NCBI RefSeq assembly: GCF_964355755.1
Contig: NC_092670.1
Span: 35,266,388 to 35,330,387 of the forward strand
Source of the DNA: Antedon mediterranea
Lineage: Eukaryota; Animalia; Echinodermata
Length of the DNA: 64,000 nucleotides
Direction of reading: 5' to 3'
The notes beneath the pieces are model-generated. The model saw only the letters and a program-made list of their open reading frames with translations. It did no database searches and was not told the origin of the DNA. A program made the translations under genes and the position numbers. Positions 54,826 to 64,000 of the stretch are shown in pieces. Positions within the stretch are counted from its first letter, which is position 1; each line of letters begins with the position of its first letter.

Positions 54826-56705
54826 TTATCTATCCAATGGTGGATATTTGAACCCTGTGTAATTGTTGGCTTCATCTGGGAAAACATCTCGTATTTTTTT
54901 CATAACACAAGATGGCATTGGTATTCTTCGGTCCTTGCCAAGAAACCCCCAGCACCAACGTACAAATTGGCGGTATGCAGTATATCTGTATCGCCTGGAA
55001 AAATGTACAAACAAAAGAAAAATACATGTTATTGTGTTCAAATTATTTATTTATTTGTCTTGTAAGATTCCCGTCATGTACATTCCTCCAGTTGGAAATT
55101 AATAGTAGATTGATATACATATGATATGATGTAATATATTTTTACTTTGCTTTTTACTTTTACTCTGTACAGTACCTTTCTATTGCACCTTCCACCACAT
55201 GTTCTTGGTATTGCGAGACATACTGCCAATACGCAATTTGTAGTGTTGCTGGGTTTAAAATTGCAGGTTCGAACCATGGGTGTGTTGTTACGCACCCAGT
55301 GTGCTGAGGTCCCTCCTTATTTTTGTTGTTGATTTTTTCTACCTGTAACAAAATACAAAGAAAACATGTAAAAAATTTATTTAAAGCCAAAAAATAGTTG
55401 GTCCGAGTCAGATTTAATGGGTTTTTGGTTATATTAAGCCATTTATTTTGTCTTTTTATTTACTAAAACTGTAAAACGGCCTACCGTACTATATTCGAAA
55501 TTTGATTTTATATCTTCATTCTTCATGTGACAATGCAATTCTTGAATTTGTGTTTTTTCTGAAAATAATTAATTATTAGAAATTAATATTACCTGTTGGC
55601 AACAGTATCTATTCTCCCATGTTTCTTCTTCCACACAGTTTCCACATTCACACCTATTTAAACAAAATCATAGATTACACATTAATGTGGCTCATTGTTT
55701 CCTACTTTCGCAACGTGTATAGTAGAGCCCTAAATATATACAGTAGATAATTAATATGATTTGTGAAAGTGTAGTTGCAGTAATTTTAATGTACTGCCTA
55801 ATTTAATTAATTATGCCTACATTTAGTCATTACATAATAATAGGTTGTACTAGCATACTATTACTAGCCTAGGCCTAATGTACAAAATGCTAATATGGTG
55901 GACTGCCTCTCTGCTTAGCTAGCCTACCATACATACCTACTATACTAATCTACTCTGTAGTCTATTTTTTATATTCTAAAAGTAATTCTCCTACCTAGCC
56001 TAAAATAATACTAATAGTAGCCTACTACTAGGCCTGGTAATTATAATAACTACAACTTCCTGATACTGATAGTACTAACTAGCCAGGACTAGGCTAGGCT
56101 ATATCATATATGAGCCTACTAGTTAGGCCTATAATAGTAGTAGTAGGACTATTGAATATAGCCTAGGCCTCTAGCTCTATCTCTAATATAGCTAGGCCTA
56201 GTAGCAGGTGGACTATATTTATATAGGCCTAGCTAGGCCTAGGCCTCTGTACTAGGATAGGCCTAGGTTCAGCTAGCCTAGGCCCTTAGCCTGGCCCTAC
56301 TAGTAGGCCTAGGCAGGACAGGCAGGGAGGCTTTATTTTCGCGTTGAGTACAAAGAGTGAAAAATCTAAAAGGTGGGAACAGCAGTAACTCCAAAAGAAC
56401 TCCAAAAGTAGGTCTAAAAAAACGGGGGGGGGGGGGGGGGGTCCCATCACATTTCTCTTACTTATCGCTTACCATTCTCGACCTTGCCTAACATGCATGT
56501 TAGGTGGAAGCCCAAACCGTCCGAATTCCCTGGCCCGACGAGCGTCAGGAGGTAGGCCTAGGCCTAACCGATCGTCTGCTGCGGGCCTTTGCAATGGTGG
56601 TAGACGTGGGTCATTATCGAACGGTCTTAAATTGTCAGGATTTACTGGTAATAAATCTTCTTCTATTTCTATATCCGCTACAAAATATTCCTCTTCACTA
56701 TCCAT
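54826..56705 (-). CDS. KolX accessory protein, P2X7 C-terminal ballast-like Cys-rich domain (about 209 aa, 4 exons)
   Basis: Exons 56705-56473, 55653-55593, 55342-55176, 54994-54826 (630 nt, phase-consistent). Motifs WCECGNC, YCCQQ, CVTTHPWF, RYTAYRQFVRWCWGFLGKDRRIPMPSCV..KIR..FP....YTGFK. Confidence 0.9.
55860..56312. repeat. Low-complexity CTAG/AGGCCT tract in KolX intron 1
   Basis: Dense TAGGCCTA, CTAGC and TAGTAG words. Confidence 0.7.
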
Positions 56706-57417
56706 TCCAAAATGATGATAAAAATAAACTAAACACTCCTCCGCCGTCGATAGTGGAAAAAAAATGGCGTCGGGGTTTCTCCATAGCGATCGTCGTGTAA
56801 TTGATATTTTCACACATGCGCACTGTATCTACGTTTCTCCAGCTTCCCGGTGCAAAACGTTAGTCAATTTGCAGAAGATCGCCATAAGAACAGATTTTAA
56901 AATTCATTTTAAAAAATAATCGGTTGACAAACAAACAAAAATTTTATCCGAAAACATTTAAAACATATTCATAAACAAAAATGTAAAGCGGATAAGCCAA
57001 CGCTGTAATAGTATAGAGCCAATCTGCAAAAGTCTGTGAATGACGGATTCTCCTAATGCAAATTTTTCTTTTTGTGACGTCACAAAAAGATTTTTTGTCA
57101 CCGATTGAGGGGGACCCAGACGTCCATAATATTTAGCATAAAGGTCACTGACATGATTCTATGCGTACTTTCCGATAATGAAACTAACTCATTTTTTTTA
57201 ACATTGTTTCATATCCATTTTAAGATTACGAACTCAGTCGTGTTGAGGCATAATTAAGGTGTTCAAGTATTAAAATCGATCGCTGGTGGTAGGTGAGTAT
57301 TGCGGCTATATAAACGATTAAGGTTCCGTATCATGTTAAAATAAATAAATCAAATCATTACGGATAATAGCATAAATAGCCCGGCAGTAATAGCTATTCT
57401 ATACTTGGTATTTCAGC

Positions 57418-59690
57418 TTTCTATTTACAGCTTTCTTTCCTCGGGATCTTCCGCATTTGTACCTCAACTCCCGTCGGGATCTACCGAATTTGTACCTTAT
57501 CTCCCCTCAGGATCTACCGAATTTGTATCTCATCTTCCCTCGATATCTACCGTATTTGTACCTCATCTCCCCTCCGGATCTACCGAATTTGTACCTTATC
57601 TCCCCTCAGGATCTACCGAATTTGTATCTCATCTTCCCTCGATATCTACCGTATTTGTACCTCATCTCCCCTCGGGATCTACCGAATTTATATCTCATCT
57701 TCTCTCGGTATCTACCGTATTTGTACCTCAATTCCCCTCCGGATCTACCGCATTTGTACCTTACCTCCCCTCGGTACCTACCATATTTGTACCTCGACTC
57801 CCCTTCGGATCTACCGCATTTGTACCTTATCTCCCCTTTGGGATCTACCGAATTTGTATCTTGTCTCCCCTCCGGATCTACCGCATTGGTACCTTATCTC
57901 CCCTCAGGATATACCGAATTTGTACCTTATCTCCCCTCGGGATCTACCGAATTTATATCTCATCTTCCCTCGGTATCTACCGTATTTGTACCTCAATTCC
58001 CCCCCGGATCTACCGCATTTGTACCTTACCTCCCCTCGGTACCTACCATATTTGTACCTCGACTCCCCTTCGGATCTACCGCATTTGTACCTTATCTCCC
58101 CTTTGGGATCTACCGAATTTGTATCTTGTCTCCCCTCCGGATCTACCGCATTGGTACCTTATCTCCCCTCAGGATCTACCGAATTTGTACCTTATCCCCC
58201 CTCGGGATCTACCGAATTTATATCTCATCTTTCTTCGGTCTACCGTATTTGTACCTCATCTCCCCTCCGGATCTACCGCATTTGTACCTCAATTCCCCTC
58301 CGGATCTACCGCATTTGTACCTCATCTCCCCTCGGGATCTACCGAATTTGTACCTTATCTCCCCTCAGGATCTACCGAATTTGTATCTCATCTTCCCTCG
58401 ATATCTACCGTATTTGTACCTCAATTCCCCTCCGGATCTACCGCATTTGTACCTTATCTCCCCTCCGGATCTACCGTATTTGTACCTCAACTCCCCTCCG
58501 GATCTACCATATTTGTACCTCATCTCCCCTCCGGATCTACCGCATTTGTACCTCATCTCCCCTTTGGGATCTACCGAATTTGTATCATCTTCCCTCCGGA
58601 TCTACCGCATTTGTACCTCATCTCCCCTTTGGGATCTACCGTATTTGTACCTCATCTTCCCTCGGTATCTACCGAATTTGTACCTTATCTCCCCTTTGGG
58701 ATCTACCGAATTTGTACCTTGTCTCCCCTCCGGATCTACCGCATTTGTACCTTATCTCCCCTCAGGATCTACCGAATTTGTACCTTATCTCCCCTTTGGG
58801 ATCTACCGAATTTGTACCTTGTCTCCCCTCCGGATCTACCGCATTTGTACCTTATCTTCCCTCAGGATCTACCGAATTTGTACCTTATCTCCCCTCGGGA
58901 TCTACCGAATTTATATCTCATCTTCCCTCGGTATCTACCGTATTTGTACCTCATCTCCCCTACGGATCTACCGCATTTGTACCTTATCTCCCCTCAGGAT
59001 CTACCAAATTTGTATCTCATCTTCCCTCGGTATCTACCGTATTTGTATCTCAACACCCCTCCGGATCTACCGCATTTGTACCTCATCTCCCCTCAGGATC
59101 TACCGAATTTGTATCTCATCCTCCCTCGGTATCTACCGTATTTGTATCTCATCTTCCCTCAGGATCTACCGTATTTGTACATCAACTCCCCTCCAGATCT
59201 ACCGCATTTGTATCTCATCTCCCCTCAGGATATACCGAATTACGAATTTGTATCTCATCTTCCCTCGGTATCTACCGTATTTGTATCTCAACACCCCTCC
59301 GGATCTACCGCATTTGTACCTCATCTCCCCTCAGGATCTACTGAATTTGTATCTCATCTTCCCTCGGTATCTACCGTATTTGTACCTTATCTCCCCTCGG
59401 GATCTACCGAATTTGTATCTCATCTTCCTTCAGTATCTACCGTATTTGTACCTCAAATCCCCTTCGGATCTACCGAATTTGTATCTCATCTTCCCTCGGA
59501 ATCTATCGTATTTGTACCTCATCTCCTTTCGGTATCTACCGCAGTTGTGTCTTGTCTGGCCCCAAGATCTACCTCATTATTTTGTACCGCATCTCCTTCG
59601 GTATCTACGGCTTTTGTATCTCATTATTTCCCCTCGGGATCTATCGGATTTGTAACTCGTTTCTCCTTGGGATCTATCGGATTTGTATCG
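57418..59690. repeat. Minisatellite, ~33-bp unit, roughly 68 copies, with higher-order blocks
   Basis: Unit CCTC(G/A/C)GGATCTACCG(A/C/T)ATTTGTACCT(T/C)ATCTCC; accounts for the three overlapping repetitive ORFs. Confidence 0.95.
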
Positions 59691-59704
59691 TTGTCAGTTT
59701 GAAC

Positions 59705-59881
59705 ACAGGTACATTTTCTTTTCACAAAATGGGATTTTGGTTAAATTTAACTTTTATTTTGTTTTTTTTTATAAGGGAAGTCAAATATTTTGTGTTTTTG
59801 TTATGGCCGTAAATAACTTAAAACTGCAAAATGGCATTCAGTATGATTTTATTGATCTTAATTTTGAGGGACAATACATCT
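59705..59881. mobile_element. MITE family B, partial copy
   Basis: Ends GGGACAATACATCT|TTAA; internal similarity to 37850-38017. Confidence 0.65.
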
Positions 59882-60457
59882 TTAAATTAGATTAATATAC
59901 ATACGGATGTAATATAAGGTCAAAAGAAATAAAGAAACAAATTGTGAGTACTGATTTAAGATATAATACAAGAAACAGCTACTTTTTAATACATTTCTTA
60001 ATATAAAGTAAATTTAAATGATAAATAGTTGTACTTTTACTATAACTTGCAATAAACATAAAATGTACGTTTTTAAAGCATACTTTTACTCCATCGATTT
60101 TATGTACATGTATAGATATAGTGCCTTTTTAGCTGTTATATTGCATTTTATTGTTCTTTATTTTATAAAAATGTATGTATGTTATGTAATATATATTTGT
60201 AAAAGGAATGAATAAATGTGGGTGACCCCCACGAAAGAGAAAAAAAATATACAACTAAAAAAGAACAGACCTTGCAAGGAAAGTCCTTGCTCTTTATTAA
60301 ACTTAACTTAAAGCTACTATATATCGCAACCAGATTAATTTGGAGGATAAATCCGTACTCCTTACTATATTTTTCGATTTTGAAAGTTTTGTATCTTTAT
60401 GTTACTTGAATAAAACTTTCAAAGTAACACAAGTAAGATTTTACCTAAAGTTCTTTG

Positions 60458-60616
60458 TATCAAACTAGTTTGACCAAAAATGTGCTAAAAAAAATAGTAG
60501 TGATGTGCTTTAAATTCAGAAACATCACTACCATTACTATCATGTTTAATATGAAAGTGATATGACATCATCGTGTCCATGTATAGTCACACATTTTGTC
60601 ACATAAAGATTGAGCT
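60458..60616. mobile_element. MITE family A, degenerate copy
   Basis: TATCAAACTAGTTTGAC...GTGATATGACATCATCGTGTCCAT...TTGTCACATAAAG. Confidence 0.6.
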
Positions 60617-61888
60617 TAAGAATTGTTTGTGCTCATTTAGCAGACCGAAATAACATCTGAAACATTCCAGTCAGTAAATTGTAATATAATTATTATGCAT
60701 TATGCACTCCTATTACAGTATAAGTAAGGGAATGCATCCGGCACACAATAATGTGTCCCCTTGATTACGATGTCCCCTGCATACGGTCGTCCCAAAAAGG
60801 AGAGGGTTTCGACTGATTGCGTGTTTTTGTTGCATCTAATAGTGAACCAAAGAACTGGAACGATCATTGTTTTTACAAAGAATTGCGTCCAATTAAACTT
60901 TATCAAATAAGAACGCCCACATCAAGCTAAAATAGCGAAAGTATATTAACAACAGCAAATAATTGGTTCTATTCTAGTAGTAGGTTGGTGATAACAGCTA
61001 CTCTATACTACTACGTGTTTTTGTTACTTATTTTGCTATTATTTTAATCAAATGTGTTGAAGGAAATTTATGAAACAAAGTACAAAGCATTTATATAGAT
61101 TAATAATATGCCTGCACATATATATGGCTATAAATTGTCTTTACCTATCTGCACTAAGGTCTGAAGTCTGTCTGATTATGGTAAATACAACAGTTATTAG
61201 CTACACAGATGTAAACAAACAAACAGATCATCTGCGCATGTGTATTATTTTCTGAGTGAGCACAAACACATAAACAAGTACGCGATCTTGTAACATTTAT
61301 TATATAGCTCAGTTTTCAAATTTCAAAGTGCATAGTTTTAAAACCATCAAACATACACACACGTAATAGTTAATTACAAGAAAAACAAATTCGAACATAG
61401 GTGATGTTGTTGTACAGGGTAATAAATGAACATCACAACACCAGCATAGAAACATCATAATGTTAGCATGATATTCTGCATGCAAATTGTGAATAATAGC
61501 AACATGAATACACTTTATTGCAAACATCTATATGTCTATGTCTATTTATATTATTGCAAACATGAACAAAAGTAATTGTAATCGTATACTTTACTATAGA
61601 AGATGAAATACAGTAGTGTATTGTAATCGTATACTATAGCAGTAAAAAACATCAGTAATTATCTTCTCCAGAAAAAAATAAAAGTCAAGAGAGCTTAATA
61701 GAAACAGAATCCGTAGATTCTTCAAAGTAAGGACAGCGAAATGACCTATATAGTTTCATATTATCTATTTTGAAATTATTACATTCTAGCATAAAGTTTA
61801 GCCATCGTCTGTCTTTTCATGCCTATTTGGAATTAGAATTATATATAGCGAAATATTTCTATTAACAATTAAATTACATTACAAGATT

Positions 61889-62096
61889 ATGGAACGCCGT
61901 TTATGCAACATTTCGATGAAATAAATTTTATGACGCGATATCTGAATTTCATTCAAAAACATTTCATTCACAAATTTCAATTTAATTAAAACATTTTTTA
62001 TTCAAAACAGTTCAATCAATTCATATCGATGCATTTCATTCACATATCGCGTCATAAAATTAATATCATTGAAATGTTGCGTAAACAGTGTTCCAT
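61889..62096. mobile_element. Foldback MITE with an 8-bp target-site duplication
   Basis: About 60-bp imperfect inverted arms ATGGAAC...GACGCGATAT / ATATCGCGTC...GTTCCAT, flanked by ACAAGATT at 61881-61888 and 62097-62104. Confidence 0.8.
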
Positions 62097-64000
62097 ACAA
62101 GATTGTTGTTTTTTCAATAGAGGCGAATAATCGTTTTAAAAATAATTTTTAAGGTTAACAATATTCCTTTTACTTTTATGATGTTGTTTTAGGCAGTTAC
62201 AATAAAGAAGAAGGAAGCATTCGGAAACTGTATCACGCGAAAGCTTACCGAATACTTACTACGGCTAACAAAAATTAGTATTTTGAAACTGGAACTGGGC
62301 ATGCGCAAACACCAAAGCACGTCTGGGAAAATAGAGTCTATGCAGACAGTAGTAAGACCTTTTCAATAATAAACAATGTTTTCATTTTGCGTTTCAGTTT
62401 ATCTTTGTAAAAATATGGTAAATATTTTTGGTGAATGATGTAAAGATGGAAAATTGCTTGATTAATGAGTACGTTTGTGGGCGTCTGGAAAATTAGAATC
62501 ACGGCCTTGCTGAGTAATCCCGGAGTACTGTACTAAGTTTAGCTTACTACTGATTGTTAAACAAAAAGGCCTATTTCTTACAATTTTAAAATGGAATATC
62601 AATAAAAATGCATCATTTAAATGAAGAAAGAACAATAATTAAAACTGATACGTCAAAAAGTCGGGCGGCGTTTTTTGTAAGAAATATTTCTTGTTTCAAC
62701 AATGATTGTTTTAAAAATAATTTCTAGATTGTATTTTTGTCAAAATACCGATGTTTCTTCCTATAGCTTATTTACGTGCGTGGGTTCAAGTGTCATGTCA
62801 AATTTAACGACTTGCTATTTGGTCTACAAGTTAAAAATACATCTAATTATTTATATTATGAAGTGATTTATTGGTGTTCGAAATGTCCATAATACCTAGC
62901 ATTGCTGTGTCACTGGAGTTAAACGTGATGTGGTATGAAACGCCAAAGAGAAAAACATTTTTCCATCTCCTTATTCGAGAGAATTTTATGCACCATTCAA
63001 AGTTGTTTAATATAGTATTGTATTACGCCTCTATTGTTAAATTGCCATGGTTGATAATTCCTAAGTGTATTAAAATGTTTCAGCGAGATCGAGTCAGTAG
63101 ACCAGAAGGCTTATTGGAGACAAACTTACACTGTTAACCAGAACACCTTCGTGTTTTAAAAACTGAAACATATGTCTTTTTACATACCAAGGGGCCTAAC
63201 CTAAATGGCCAATACTATTTCCAGTTTTTTTCTTGGACCTCTCAAAATCCTAATAAGAAGTCACTTGGTAATGGTATAAGCATATGAAAACTAGCACCCC
63301 CAAGCGGTTTGTTATGATTTATACTCACTTGATTTGTGTTTGATCACCATTTTTCTCTATTATCTTAAAAGCGAATTTTATAGGCCTATAATTTGAAAAT
63401 ATGCGGATCAAAATCAGTTAATGTTAAAATAATTAAAATAGCAATTAAATTATAATTATGGTAATTATTGCGTACTGATTGACAAAGACGAATGATATCC
63501 TTTAATATTATTAATCTTTTCTAGCTTGATCGCTTATTTTGAAATGAAATCCCACTAATTAGCGTCTCCCAGAAGAGCACTTGATATGAAAGCTGATATA
63601 ATAGTGCAATTGAGTGTCAGAGGACATGATCTGTTGTCACTCTGTAACCATGGTTACATCATAATTAAAAGGGTATTCTTACGACGAGTCTTTCACAAAA
63701 TAATTTTTTACTTGACCTAACACCTAATTATCTCTATATTTTATAATTTAAACAATGTTCATGGCAAGAAAATCAAACAGTTCAACATTTATGGCACTCA
63801 CTTACTATAATAGTTCAATGATATGGAATTAAGCTTATTTACTTAAACATTAAGCGTCCTCGGTGAATCGATTTATTATCAAAGGTGCAAAACGCGTTCC
63901 ACAGTCACAGAACGATATCTACGTAACGTTCGTCGTTGGGCACATTTTGTCGCTCAAGAATTTACGATAAGATAACATTCCATATTTTACGAGAGTAAAT

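Larger units (their letters stand above)
48887..57219 (+). mobile_element. Full-length autonomous Kolobok DNA transposon (8333 bp)
   Basis: Perfect 17-bp TIR AATGGATATGAAACAAT (48887-48903) / ATTGTTTCATATCCATT (57203-57219), TTAA at 48883-48886 and 57220-57223, RR..YY ends, and convergent THAP-DDE transposase and KolX genes. Confidence 0.92.

Noticed and set aside
54826-56705. P2X7 receptor gene
   Set aside because: No transmembrane or ectodomain exons, and it lies between transposon TIRs; interpreted as KolX.
57405-59702. Long ORFs of 765, 732 and 496 aa
   Set aside because: By-products of a stop-poor 33-bp minisatellite; the frames interconvert at indels and no domain is recognisable.

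Overview
AT-rich eukaryotic genomic DNA from an animal, probably a marine invertebrate (spliceosomal introns, tRNA-derived SINEs including a Nin/Deu-domain SINE, abundant TAGGCCTA). Most ORFs in the track are spurious. Main contents: (1) a 13-coding-exon minus-strand gene (12798-19296, about 805 aa) for a secreted protein with a HYRGG..SW / Sib-integrin-beta-like N-terminal region, Ig-like domains and a C-terminal ZP module with no furin site or transmembrane anchor; (2) a complete 8.3-kb Kolobok DNA transposon (48887-57219; 17-bp TIRs, TTAA duplication) with an intact 11-exon THAP-DDE transposase and a convergent intact 4-exon KolX gene (P2X7-ballast-like), with several smaller elements nested in its introns; (3) many small mobile elements: Harbinger-like and Kolobok-like MITEs, HINE/Helentron-like elements, RTE/L2/CR1 LINE 3' ends, SINEs, a Penelope-like fragment with a minimal hammerhead ribozyme, and a tRNA-Asp(ATC)-like cloverleaf among (TA)n tracts; (4) tandem arrays with 33-, 50- and 243-bp units. 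All exon models were assembled by hand from splice signals and frame continuity; no database searches were run.
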